This document shows positions 27,782 to 37,125 of a DNA stretch of 64,000 nucleotides, piece by piece (position 1 is the stretch's first letter; every line of letters starts with the position of its first letter). The notes beneath the pieces are model-generated. The model made no database searches. It was not told where the DNA came from and was given only the letters and a program-made list of their open reading frames with translations. The position numbers were made by a program, and so were the translations under genes. The stretch lies in NCBI GenBank assembly GCA_964249695.1, contig CAXUDF010000001.1, forward strand, positions 43,901 to 107,900, in the 5' to 3' direction. This DNA comes from an uncultured Acidobacteriaceae bacterium. Its GTDB lineage: Bacteria; Acidobacteriota; Terriglobia; Terriglobales; Acidobacteriaceae.

Positions 27782-28909
27782 ATGAAGCTGATGTTTGGAC
27801 GCGTTCGACGGGCCATGTTTTCGCAAGTTCCGCAAGGTTCGCAAATTTCGCAGATCTTGATTGCCCTGTGTGTCCTGTTATGCAGCGGAGCCTGTGCTTT
27901 GGCGCAGTCACCGGCACAGGCACCCTCGCCGGCAACGGCACCCAGCGCAGCCCCGGCCGGTGCATCGCCGGCTACGACCACCCAGACACCTGGAGGTGTC
28001 GCCGCACCGGCATCGGCGCAAAATCCAGGGTTGCAGCCGCGCGACGAATCCGCCCCGCCCGCGGCGGACACGACCACCATCACTGTGTTTTCGCGCGAAG
28101 TCAATCTTGTCTTTACCGTGACGGACGGCAAGGGGCATTTTGTCACCAATCTGCCGCAACAGCAGTTTGGGCTGCTCGACGATGGCCGCGCGCCCTCGCG
28201 TGTGGTGCGGTTTCAGCAGCAAAGCAATCTGCCGCTGCGTGTCGGCATTATGCTCGATACCTCCAACTCGATTCGTTCGCGCTTCGATTTCGAGCAGCAG
28301 GCCGCCATCGACTTTTTGCTGCAAATCCTGCGCCCTGCCGACCGTGCCTTTGTCGAAGGCTTCGATGTGCAAACCGATATCGCGCAGGATTACACGAACC
28401 GCATCGATCTGCTTGATACGGGCATTCATAAGCTGCGGCCGGGCGGTGGCACCTCGCTTTTCGATGGGCTCTATAAGACTTGCCGTGATCAGATGCTGAC
28501 GCTGCGTGACAAACAGGCCGTGCGCCGCGCGCTGGTGCTCGTCTCGGACGGCGATGACGACTACAGCCGCTCGCAGGAGGCTGACGCGATCAAGATGTGC
28601 CAGCGCGCCGAAACCATCGTGTACGCGATCAGCACCAATGTCGGGCCTAGCAAGGACAAGGGCGACGATGTGCTGCAGCACATCGCCGATGCCACCGGCG
28701 GACGTGCCTTCTTCCCGACAAAGATCGAAGACATGTCGACGGGGTTCAGCAATATCGAGCAGGAGCTGCGTTCGCAGTATGCACTCGAATACGTGCCCGC
28801 AGACTTCAAGCAGGATGGGTCGTTCCGCACGATTTATCTCGTTTCGCTCGATCAGCGATACCAGGTGCATGCCCGCAAAGGGTATTTTGCCCCCCGCGCC
28901 CCGCAGTAG
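27782..28909 (+). CDS. VWA domain protein (Acidobacterial VWFA-related type)
   Basis: EVNLVFTVTDGKG, MIDAS DTSNS, GGTSLFD, SDGDD, ATGGRAF, ELRSQY, ARKGYFA. Confidence 0.88.
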   Translation: MKLMFGRVRRAMFSQVPQGSQISQILIALCVLLCSGACALAQSPAQAPSPATAPSAAPAGASPATTTQTPGGVAAPASAQNPGLQPRDESAPPAADTTTITVFSREVNLVFTVTDGKGHFVTNLPQQQFGLLDDGRAPSRVVRFQQQSNLPLRVGIMLDTSNSIRSRFDFEQQAAIDFLLQILRPADRAFVEGFDVQTDIAQDYTNRIDLLDTGIHKLRPGGGTSLFDGLYKTCRDQMLTLRDKQAVRRALVLVSDGDDDYSRSQEADAIKMCQRAETIVYAISTNVGPSKDKGDDVLQHIADATGGRAFFPTKIEDMSTGFSNIEQELRSQYALEYVPADFKQDGSFRTIYLVSLDQRYQVHARKGYFAPRAPQ

Positions 28910-28988
28910 CCCACGCGCAAGGTTTCGCCTCCTCGCTTTTCTCTGGAAGGCACGAAACTCCTTGCCGGTGGTGCGGGTCTAATCCGTT

Positions 28989-29642
28989 ATGTGGGCCAAG
29001 GGAGTACCGTCAACGCTTACCGCCAAAATTGCTTTTGGGATCGCTGCTGTCGCTCTCACAGGCGCGTCAGGGGCACAGGCCCCCGTGGAGCGTGTACCAC
29101 CGCCCGCGGGCGCACCCTTGCCGCCCTCAGCGCTGACAGTACCCTCTGCAGTTACGGCACCCTACGCCGAGCCCCCGGGGGCTGCGGATGCCATCGCCGG
29201 GCTGACCTCACAACCGGCCACGCATACCGCCTTTACCTTTGACCGCGACATGCTGCAAAGCATGTTCGGCGCGCAACCCTTTGCGCTCAATGCCGTGACG
29301 GTGACGAATTATCGCTACCGCGAACCGGCGTTTTACGTGCCCGAAGCGCTTGCGGCGCTGACCCAGGCCTACAGCATCGCCGGTTGGAAGCACCTCGTAG
29401 AAGCGCACGTGAGCCCCCGCGAGCAGGTCACGCCGCTGAGGCCGATCACCGATCTCTGGCTGCACTTTCACGGGGCGGAGATTGACGACGTAGCCGTTTT
29501 GATCCGCGCGCCGAAGCAGATGAACCTCATTGAGGTTTCGGGCATGATGCGGCCCTTGGATCTGCTGCACCTGGGCGGGCACTTCGGGATTCCAAAGGTC
29601 GATCCCGATGCGGTGATGGTGCCCGCACCGCCGGGACGGTAA
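28989..29642 (+). CDS. Hypothetical exported protein (DUF4252-like)
   Basis: Signal peptide; FTFDRDML and C-terminal LLHLGGHFGIPK. Confidence 0.55.
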   Translation: MWAKGVPSTLTAKIAFGIAAVALTGASGAQAPVERVPPPAGAPLPPSALTVPSAVTAPYAEPPGAADAIAGLTSQPATHTAFTFDRDMLQSMFGAQPFALNAVTVTNYRYREPAFYVPEALAALTQAYSIAGWKHLVEAHVSPREQVTPLRPITDLWLHFHGAEIDDVAVLIRAPKQMNLIEVSGMMRPLDLLHLGGHFGIPKVDPDAVMVPAPPGR

Positions 29643-29738
29643 GGTGGTCTGAGCTGGGTGTATGCGGGATAGTAACGCTCACTGTCAGACCGACTCCAAT
29701 ACCGTATCAACTGCTAGTCGTCCGCACATCCCACAGAA

Positions 29739-30154
29739 TTGTCATCCCGCAGCGCAGCGGAGGGATCTGCTGTTTGCTCGTGGCGGCATACGCTTCCGGT
29801 ATGCAGGGCCGAGAACATCAGTACTTCGTCTACATTCTTGCCAGCCGTTCCCGAACCCGAACCCTCTACATAGGCGTGACAAATGCCTTACGTTCGCGAG
29901 TAGCACAACATCGAGAGCGCATTTCAGGTTACTTCACGGCCAGATACACTATCGGACGGCTTGTGCATGTAGAACAGTTCCAATACATCCAGAACGCGAT
30001 CGCGCGAGAGAAAGCATTAAAAGACTGGAACCGTGCGCGGAAGATTGCTTTGATTGAAAGCGGGAACCCAACTTGGGAGGATCTTGCGAAGGACTGGTGA
30101 ATCGTGACCCTGTGCGCAAACAGCAGATCCCTCCGCTGCGCTGCGGGATGACAA
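29739..30154 (+). mobile_element. Putative GIY-YIG nuclease element bounded by perfect 39-bp inverted repeats
   Basis: Left arm 29739-29777 TTGTCATCCCGCAGCGCAGCGGAGGGATCTGCTGTTTGC; right arm 30116-30154 is its exact reverse complement; a single gene lies between them. Confidence 0.75.
29801..30100 (+). CDS. Small stand-alone GIY-YIG nuclease (99 aa)
   Basis: YFVYILAS...LYIGVTN..R...H...FTARY...AIAREKALKDWNRARKIALIE..NPTWEDL. Confidence 0.92.
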   Translation: MQGREHQYFVYILASRSRTRTLYIGVTNALRSRVAQHRERISGYFTARYTIGRLVHVEQFQYIQNAIAREKALKDWNRARKIALIESGNPTWEDLAKDW

Positions 30155-30219
30155 CTCAAGAAGGGTGACACTCGCGAATGTAGTCCACCATCACCCAGAC
30201 AGGTCATCGCTTCACAACC

Positions 30220-31269
30220 TCACCACCCATACCGCTCCACCTCACCCAGCAGCCTTAATTTCCGTTCCGGCGGCAAGAAACTAGCCTCCACCGAGTTCGC
30301 CGCCAGTTCGCGCATCTGGTCCAGCGAGAAGGCAAACTCCCCGTGCGCCAGCTCATACTCATCCAGCAGGTTGGCTCCGAAAAAAGGCGGATCGTCGGAA
30401 TTCAATGTAACCATCAAGCCCTCTTCGAAATAGCGCCGCACCGGGTGCGCGGCCAGGGTGGGGCAACAACCGGTCCGCAGATTGCTGGTAATGTTCAGTT
30501 CCAGCGGAATCTGCCGTAGCGAGAGCACCTCGATCAGTTCCGAATCGTCTCCCGCCGTCAGTGCGTGGCCAATCCGTTCCGCGCCGATGTTCAGTGCCGC
30601 CCAGATGCTTTCCGGGCCGGCGGACTCGCCGGCATGGCAGGTGAGGTGCAGGCCGCCGGCTTTGGCCTCGGCGTAGAGCTCGCGAAAGGCTGGGGCGGGG
30701 CCGCGCACCTCGTCCCCGCCGATGCCGATACCGACCACGGACGGGTACTCGGCCTGGAGCATGGCGGCTTTGCAGAAGACGCGCTCGGCTTCGGTTGTAC
30801 CAAAGTGCCGTACCGCGTCGATGAGCCAAAGTAGGCTCACGCCGAAGTCGCGCTCCCCACGCCTACGGCCGCGCTCGGCGGCGGCCATCACGGCATCCAC
30901 CTCCAGCCGTGCGAAGTGGTACAGAATGCCGATGGACAGGTACACCTCGGCATGGCGAATGCCCTGCGCGGCAAGTTCGCGCACCATGTTGTAGGTGATC
31001 GTTTCGTAATCCGCGGGCGTGTGCAGCCGCTCGGTGACTGCCTTGAAGCTCATCAGAAAGCTGGGAAAATCATGGTAACGATAGACGCCGCGGGCCTGTT
31101 CGAGGGTGAGCGGCACAGGGTCGTTGGCGTAGGATAAGGCAACCAGGGTTTCCGGTGTGATGGAGCCTTCGAGGTGCAAGTGTAGTTCGGCTTTGGGAAG
31201 GCCCTGCAACCAGGCGCGGGTTTCAGTCCGGAGGTCGTCAGGGTCGACCCTGAGGGGAGTACGGGGCAT
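30220..31269 (-). CDS. add: Adenosine/adenine deaminase
   Basis: LPKAELHLHLEGS, HAGE, RIGH, NSDDPPFF. Confidence 0.9.
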   Translation of the reverse strand: MPRTPLRVDPDDLRTETRAWLQGLPKAELHLHLEGSITPETLVALSYANDPVPLTLEQARGVYRYHDFPSFLMSFKAVTERLHTPADYETITYNMVRELAAQGIRHAEVYLSIGILYHFARLEVDAVMAAAERGRRRGERDFGVSLLWLIDAVRHFGTTEAERVFCKAAMLQAEYPSVVGIGIGGDEVRGPAPAFRELYAEAKAGGLHLTCHAGESAGPESIWAALNIGAERIGHALTAGDDSELIEVLSLRQIPLELNITSNLRTGCCPTLAAHPVRRYFEEGLMVTLNSDDPPFFGANLLDEYELAHGEFAFSLDQMRELAANSVEASFLPPERKLRLLGEVERYGW

Positions 31270-31369
31270 CCTGCAAGCATAGCGGAGCGGAAGGGAGCCC
31301 GCCTTTTTGCCGAGCAACAGCAAAGGCCCGGCAGTTTCGCCGAGCCTTGGTGCGTCTACACCGAAACCG

Positions 31370-32059
31370 TTAGCTCCAGCTGCCTCTGCGGCGGCCGCCA
31401 TTGCCATTGCCGAAGATCTGCAGCAGAGCGATGAAGATATTCAATGCATCGAGATAGATGCTGAGCGAAAGCTGCACGGGCGAAAGGCCCTGGCCGCCAT
31501 CGCGCAGGCGCATGAAGTCAACCAGCAGAAGGACGGAGAAGATCGCCAGCGTCGCCCAGGCGTAGAGACCGGGGCTGACGAAGTGAACGAAACTGCTGAG
31601 CAGCCCGACCACGATCAACACAAGCAGCGCCCCAAAGGCATAGTTCGCGACGCGGCGATAGTCGAAGCGGACAACCTGCGCGATCAAGCCCATCGCGCCC
31701 ATGCCTACCGCCGTAGTGAGCGCGGCTTGGAAGACGACCGTCTGGCCGCCCGGGAAGCGCATATAGGCATGCAGCAGGGGGCCGATCTCGACGCCCATCA
31801 GGGTCGCAAAGGCATAAAACAACACCAGCGCAAGGCTCGACGAACGGCGGCTCGCGGCGTTGATCGCAAAGATCAGGCCCATGTTGATGATGAAAATGAA
31901 GAAGATGCCGCCGCCAATGAAATCCGGGGCGATGCGCGCGCCAAAGGCGGTGAACAGAAACCCAACCGTCGTAATCCACAACACCTTGCTGAGAAGGCTG
32001 GCGGTGGAGCGGCTGTCCAGGACGCGTACCCCGCCCTGTGAAACGTCAATAGTTCTCAT
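31370..32059 (-). CDS. Bax inhibitor-1/YccA family membrane protein
   Basis: Seven TM segments; C-terminal LSIYLDALNIF. Confidence 0.88.
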   Translation of the reverse strand: MRTIDVSQGGVRVLDSRSTASLLSKVLWITTVGFLFTAFGARIAPDFIGGGIFFIFIINMGLIFAINAASRRSSSLALVLFYAFATLMGVEIGPLLHAYMRFPGGQTVVFQAALTTAVGMGAMGLIAQVVRFDYRRVANYAFGALLVLIVVGLLSSFVHFVSPGLYAWATLAIFSVLLLVDFMRLRDGGQGLSPVQLSLSIYLDALNIFIALLQIFGNGNGGRRRGSWS

Positions 32060-32216
32060 GAAACGATCCTACCTCGGGTGCCCGCTTCGCTGCGAAGGCT
32101 GTCGAGCCAGTATCAACACCTGAGTATTAGACGCTCAACTTGGCTCGTGGTCGCTTCATTTCGCTGCGCGATGCGGCTCTGTATCTCTCTATCGAAATGG
32201 CAATGATCAACCTCGG

Positions 32217-32993
32217 TCAGGCGATCCGGCCACCCCAGCGAATCCGCACGGGCGCCCCTTCCGCCAAAAGAACGTGATCGGGTTCGTGAGCCGTTAGATT
32301 TGCGAACTCCGGCCCATACCCCGCACCGAAATCGCACACAATGTCATGGGCACGGATTGGGTACACCTCCCATTGCGGGTGTTCCACCCCATATTCATCC
32401 GTTCCGCCCGAGCGCGTGGGTGTATAGCCCCAATAGTGCTCCGTGATGAACTCGGTGAGCGATCCGGACTCAATCGGCTGGGCCCTGCTGCCGGCCTCAA
32501 CCGCCACGTGCTGCGGCAGGCTGCGATACCCGTTCTGTTTCAGCCGCGGTCCGCGCCAGTCATAACGCACCACCAGCGGCTTTTCCCCGTGACGCACTGC
32601 GCGCGCGTCCGGACCCTGACTGGACCAATAGTGGTCCGTCGGCGCGGTCGCGTAGGCTTCGCCGTAGAGCGCCCGTGCCAGCAACGCAATAGCGGGTTTG
32701 GGCACGAGCTCGCTAAGAAAGATCACCCCGCGGCGCGACGAGCCGTCCGGCATGGGCCGCCGCACATAGTAGCGCAGGTTGATCTCCTCAAACCGCGTAT
32801 GGAACGGGGGAGGAACCCTTAACAGACGGACGCGGTCAAACAGAAAACCGACCAGCGAGACAAAGCAGCGGCCTTCAAAGAGATCGAGCTCAAGCCCGGG
32901 CGGCAATCTGCGCGCCAAGATCTCCGGGTCGACCTCATACTGCGCCATGAGAATCTTGCGCCATTCTGCGGAAAGGAACGTAAACGACATCAT
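32217..32993 (-). CDS. DUF2071/YqjF family protein
   Basis: FLSAEWR, VSLVGFLF, FEEINLRYYV, FITEHYWGY, EYGVEHPQW. Confidence 0.8.
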   Translation of the reverse strand: MMSFTFLSAEWRKILMAQYEVDPEILARRLPPGLELDLFEGRCFVSLVGFLFDRVRLLRVPPPFHTRFEEINLRYYVRRPMPDGSSRRGVIFLSELVPKPAIALLARALYGEAYATAPTDHYWSSQGPDARAVRHGEKPLVVRYDWRGPRLKQNGYRSLPQHVAVEAGSRAQPIESGSLTEFITEHYWGYTPTRSGGTDEYGVEHPQWEVYPIRAHDIVCDFGAGYGPEFANLTAHEPDHVLLAEGAPVRIRWGGRIA

Positions 32994-33067
32994 GCTCTTG
33001 GATGCACATTAGAGAAAACTCAGGTTTATACCTGCCAAATGACGTCCGAGAGGAAGACACTTGGCTT

Positions 33068-33299
33068 ATGAGCGCTTTGACTGTAGCCGCTGCTCTTGGG
33101 AGGTGCGCCGATTCTCAGGCGTGCCGTGGCTACGGAGGCCGATCTGTGCTCGTTGACGCGTGACGGCTTGCCCATCGGCACCCTGCCGGTGCTTGCCGGG
33201 GAGCTCTCCGTGGAGCGCAATCCCACGCATCCGGACATGGCAAAGCTCATCGATGAGCCTGCGAAACCGTTTCTCCTCGACGCACGGCTGTTTCGGTGA
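33068..33299 (+). pseudogene. Deleted Xre-RES toxin-antitoxin remnant (antitoxin N-terminus fused to RES toxin C-terminus)
   Basis: MSALTVAA then a +1 shift to LGGAPILRRAVATEADLCSLTRDGLP..LAGELSVER (Xre/ParS-like start), joined to NPTHPDMAKL..PFLLDARLF (RES-like end). Confidence 0.62.
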
Positions 33300-33304
33300 G
33301 TCGA

Positions 33305-34900
33305 TTAGCCCCGGTAAAACTCACTGCGCTTGCGGCTGTAGCTGAAGTACACGCACAAACCCACGACCAGCCAGACGAAAAAGCGCAGCCAGGTGATCAT
33401 CGGCAGGCCGGACATCAGCAGCACACAGAAGATCACGCTGAGGCACGGGAAGAGCGGGCCGCCGGGGACGCGAAAGCCGCGGCGCCGTTCCGGTTGTTTG
33501 TGACGCAGCACCATCACGCCAATGGAGACGAGCACAAAGGCAAACAACGTGCCGATATTGGACAGATCCGCCAGGGTGCCCACATCGAACAGCCCGGCGG
33601 GAATGGCGACGAGCACACCCGCAAACCATGTGGCGAAAGCCGGGGTGCGGAAGCGTGGGTGCAGCTTCGAAAAAGCGTCGGGCAGCAGGCGGTCGCGGCT
33701 CATCGCGAACCACACGCGGGCCTGCCCAAGCTGAAAGACCAAAATCGACGAGATCATGCCGATCAGGGCGCCCAGCAGCACCACCAGCCGCGTCCAGCGC
33801 AGCAATGGCGAACCGGTGGCGAGCGTCAGACGCTTCAGCGCGTTGACCACAGGCGCGGCGTCGCCGATCACCGTGCGCCAGGGCACGATGCCCGTCAGCA
33901 CCAATGCCACGCTGGTGTAGAGGATCGTACAAACAATGAGCGTGGCGATAATACCGACCGGCACGTCGCGCTGCGGATTTTTGCACTCTTCGCTCGCGGT
34001 CGACACCGAATCGAAGCCGATATACGTAAAAAAAATGATGGAACCGCCGGCCAGCACCCCCGACCAGCCGTTCGGCGAAAACGGATGGTAGTTGGTGGGG
34101 TGAATGAAGCGCAGGCCCACGAAAACAAAGACCAGGATCGCGACCAGCTTGATCAACACCATGATGTTGTTGGTGCGGGCCGACTCGCGGATGCCGCGTA
34201 CCAGCACCATCGTGAGCAAAATCACGATGAGAAACGCCGGGATATTGAAGCCGAAGTGCCATCCGGGCGCGTAGATATCCCGCCCGCCGAGGTCCTGCAG
34301 CCCTTGCGGCAGAAATGCCGGGGAAAGCCATTTCGGGCTCAAACGCAGCCCCAGCCAGTCGAGCAGATCGACCAGATGCGCCGCAAATCCCACGCTGACG
34401 CTCATGTTGGAGAACGCATACTCCAGAATGAGGTCCCAGCCGATAATCCATGCCACAAGCTCGCCCAGCGTGGCGTAGGTGTAGGTGTACGCGGAACCGG
34501 CGATCGGAATCATGCTCGCGAGCTCGGCATAACAAAGGCCCGTGCAGCAGCAGACGACCGCGACCAGCATCATCGAAAGCGCCAACGCGGGCCCCGCGCC
34601 CGGCCGGCCCGCCACGTGCCCTGCGCTGCCATGGAGCAACCCCCAGGCAAGATCCACCACGGGCGATTCCGTCCACTGGGCTGACTTGACGGGATTGCCG
34701 CCAATAGCCGTGCCGATGACGGTAAAAATGCCGGCCCCGATGACCGCCCCGATGCCCAGCGCCGTCAACGACACCGGCCCCAGGGTCTTGCGCAGCGCGT
34801 GTTCCGGGCGCTCGCTCTCGTGGATCAGCTTGTCGATGGATTTGGTGGCAAAGATTTGTCGCGGCAGGGCGGTGCTGTCCTTCCCGTGGTGCATCTGCAT
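33305..34900 (-). CDS. APC-family amino acid permease
   Basis: GIGAVIGAGIF, CYAELASMIPIAGSAYTY, IGWDLILEY, YIGFD. Confidence 0.92.
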   Translation of the reverse strand: MQMHHGKDSTALPRQIFATKSIDKLIHESERPEHALRKTLGPVSLTALGIGAVIGAGIFTVIGTAIGGNPVKSAQWTESPVVDLAWGLLHGSAGHVAGRPGAGPALALSMMLVAVVCCCTGLCYAELASMIPIAGSAYTYTYATLGELVAWIIGWDLILEYAFSNMSVSVGFAAHLVDLLDWLGLRLSPKWLSPAFLPQGLQDLGGRDIYAPGWHFGFNIPAFLIVILLTMVLVRGIRESARTNNIMVLIKLVAILVFVFVGLRFIHPTNYHPFSPNGWSGVLAGGSIIFFTYIGFDSVSTASEECKNPQRDVPVGIIATLIVCTILYTSVALVLTGIVPWRTVIGDAAPVVNALKRLTLATGSPLLRWTRLVVLLGALIGMISSILVFQLGQARVWFAMSRDRLLPDAFSKLHPRFRTPAFATWFAGVLVAIPAGLFDVGTLADLSNIGTLFAFVLVSIGVMVLRHKQPERRRGFRVPGGPLFPCLSVIFCVLLMSGLPMITWLRFFVWLVVGLCVYFSYSRKRSEFYRG

Positions 34901-35075
34901 GGATCGGTTACAGGGATTGTATGGGACAACCGCGATTTTGCTTGCGTGACGCCGGCCGGCTGCCCAAAAAGGCTCCCGAGGACACGGTCATGGATCATCC
35001 CCCTTGAATCCTCACCTCATGGAAACGTCAAACTAGAGCGGATTTGCTGGTGGTGTCGAGCCGAGAGGAGCGAAA

Positions 35076-35104
35076 GCAAACGCAGATTCCCTTCGGGATG
35101 ACAA
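35076..35104 (+). repeat. Single GTCATCC-family repeat arm
   Basis: GCAAACGCAGATTCCCTTCGGGATGACAA. Confidence 0.72.
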
Positions 35105-35151
35105 CAAAGGGCCCCAGTAGCTAGATCGCTAGCGCTTCGCGGTTCGAAGAA

Positions 35152-35703
35152 TCAAAGCCCTTCGAGCACCTCACGCAGAATCTCGTCGGAAAGCTCCTGG
35201 TCATCCACCACCCGCGCCAGCAGCACGGCGCCAACCAGGGCGGCCAACGCGTGGATGGCCTGTTTGCGCGCACGGCGTCGCGGCGACCAGGGGAAATGCT
35301 CGCTCATTTTGCCGATAAGGTCGCGTACATAGCTCGTCACCACCGCGCGGGCTTTGGGAACACCACGAAAATCCGTTGCGAGCGAGGCCATAATGCAGCC
35401 CGCTCCGGGATTGTCGCGATGCAGCGAACTTAGATACTCCCGATACATTGTTTGCTTGCCTTCCGGCGAAGCCTCGTAGCGGTCCACCTCCGCCAGCGTG
35501 CTTTGCGAGGCATGTTCCAACGCCTCCGCCAGCAGCTCCTCTTTCGAATCGAAGTGGTTATAGAAGGAGCCGTGGGTGAGGCCGGTTGCGGTCATGATTT
35601 CACTGATGCTCGCGCCGGAAAAGCCGCGTTCGCGAAACAAACGCGCCGCCGATTGAAGCGCCCGCGTGTGCTTTTCCGCCGTTTCGGATGCTGGATAGCG
35701 CAT
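35152..35703 (-). CDS. TetR/AcrR family transcriptional regulator
   Basis: LFRERGF...TGLTHGSFYNHFDSKEEL HTH; divergent from an SDR gene. Confidence 0.92.
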   Translation of the reverse strand: MRYPASETAEKHTRALQSAARLFRERGFSGASISEIMTATGLTHGSFYNHFDSKEELLAEALEHASQSTLAEVDRYEASPEGKQTMYREYLSSLHRDNPGAGCIMASLATDFRGVPKARAVVTSYVRDLIGKMSEHFPWSPRRRARKQAIHALAALVGAVLLARVVDDQELSDEILREVLEGL

Positions 35704-35743
35704 AGCCATATCTTACGAGGAAACGGCTTCACGACGATCTCTC

Positions 35744-35772
35744 TTGACAAGAAACCTGATCCATAACATGCT
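35744..35772 (+). promoter_or_regulatory. Putative sigma70 promoter for SDR gene
   Basis: TTGACA-17 nt-CATGCT in the TetR/SDR intergenic region. Confidence 0.55.
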
Positions 35773-35884
35773 TGCCTTAACAGGATGCCTGATGACCATA
35801 AGGCTTAATGGTACTGCCGGCGGCAGTCGCATGGTGCGATCGGCTCAGAGCGTCCAGTAACGGCAACGAATCGAAGGAGAAGGC

Positions 35885-36721
35885 ATGAGCGAGCACCGAA
35901 GCGAGGCAAGTATCAGCGCAAACGGCAAGGCAGGGCTGGGAACGGCAGTGGTGACGGGAGCTTCTTCCGGGATCGGCAAAGTGTATGCAGAGCACCTGGC
36001 ACAGCGGGGATACGACCTCCTGCTGGTGGCCCGCCGGGCGGACAGGCTTGAGGCGCTCGCCAAGGAACTTCGTGAACGCGCAGGGGTAACGGTACGCACG
36101 TTGGCCGCCGATCTCGCCCATACGGGCGAGCTCGAAACCGTCGCGGACGCGATCGCGAACGACCCAGGAATCACCCTGTTGGTCAACAACGCCGGCACCA
36201 ACAAGGCCGGCATGCTCGCGGAGGCCAATTGGCCGGAGCAGGCGGCCATGATCCAGGTCAATGTGGTTGCGTTGGCCCGTCTCACGGTAGCCGTGCTGCC
36301 CGGTTTCAAGGCGCGCGACCGGGGCGCCATCATCAATATCGGCTCGGTTGTGAGCTTCTACAGCTACCCCGGCGTCACGACCTATAGCGGAACAAAGGCT
36401 TTTGTACTCAACTTCACGCGGGGTTTGCAGGCTGAGCTTGCAGGCAGCAAAATCATTGTCCAGTTCGTCGCGCCGGCCGCGACGGAGTCGGAGATCTGGG
36501 AGGTCGGCGGCATGCCGCTGTCCAATCTGCCGCCGGAGGTCGTAATGACCACGGATGCTTGCGTCAAGGCATCGTTGCAGGGTTTAGATATGGGCGAGGC
36601 CATGACCCTGCCGTCACTCCATGACGCGCAACTGCTCGCCCACTATGAGGCGGCAGGCATGAATGTACTGGCCGCGTCACAGATCGGCCAACCCGCGCCC
36701 CGGTACCTCGTGGCTCAGTGA
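35885..36721 (+). CDS. SDR family oxidoreductase
   Basis: TGASSGIG, NNAG, YSGTK. Confidence 0.92.
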   Translation: MSEHRSEASISANGKAGLGTAVVTGASSGIGKVYAEHLAQRGYDLLLVARRADRLEALAKELRERAGVTVRTLAADLAHTGELETVADAIANDPGITLLVNNAGTNKAGMLAEANWPEQAAMIQVNVVALARLTVAVLPGFKARDRGAIINIGSVVSFYSYPGVTTYSGTKAFVLNFTRGLQAELAGSKIIVQFVAPAATESEIWEVGGMPLSNLPPEVVMTTDACVKASLQGLDMGEAMTLPSLHDAQLLAHYEAAGMNVLAASQIGQPAPRYLVAQ

Positions 36722-36790
36722 GCCGACAGAAAATATGGCGGCCGTGGCGTGGCGTCCGCAGAAAGGCCGAGCACAGGCAGGCCGAGCACA

Positions 36791-36820
36791 GAAAGGGTGA
36801 GGCTCAGGCCCCACCCTTTC
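36791..36820. terminator. Stem-loop between convergent genes
   Basis: GAAAGGGTG-aggctcaggccc-CACCCTTTC. Confidence 0.55.
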
Positions 36821-36854
36821 CGCTCTTTGCTATTTCGGACTTATCCTGCTGCGA

Positions 36855-37010
36855 TTAACGCTTCGATGCGCCGCGGGTGGCCTTCTTCATCTTCTGCTTG
36901 TGCTCGCCGCGAGCCCAGGTACGGGCGGTTTTGGGGGTGGCCTTTTTGCGGGCAGCGCGCTTGATCTTCTTGCGCTCCGTGCGGTCGGTGATCTTGGTGG
37001 TATTTGCCAT
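36855..37010 (-). CDS. Small highly basic protein (51 aa), not in ORF track
   Basis: MANTTKITDRTERKKIKRAARKKATPKTARTWARGEHKQKMKKATRGASKR; 20/51 K+R, GC3-rich codons, purine-rich 5' region, hairpin downstream. Confidence 0.7.
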   Translation of the reverse strand: MANTTKITDRTERKKIKRAARKKATPKTARTWARGEHKQKMKKATRGASKR

Positions 37011-37125
37011 GTGCTCTTCCTGGAAACTGAATTGGTCGGTAAACCCATCTTTGGGACCTTAAAACTGTCGCGAAGATCGGGCACCCGGGTCGTACTGTAG
37101 CGAATCCTGTGGCGGCGGTCTGCCT

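Noticed and set aside
29739-30154. Classical IS element
   Set aside because: No DDE/HUH transposase and no target-site duplication; reported instead as a GIY-YIG/REP-like unit.
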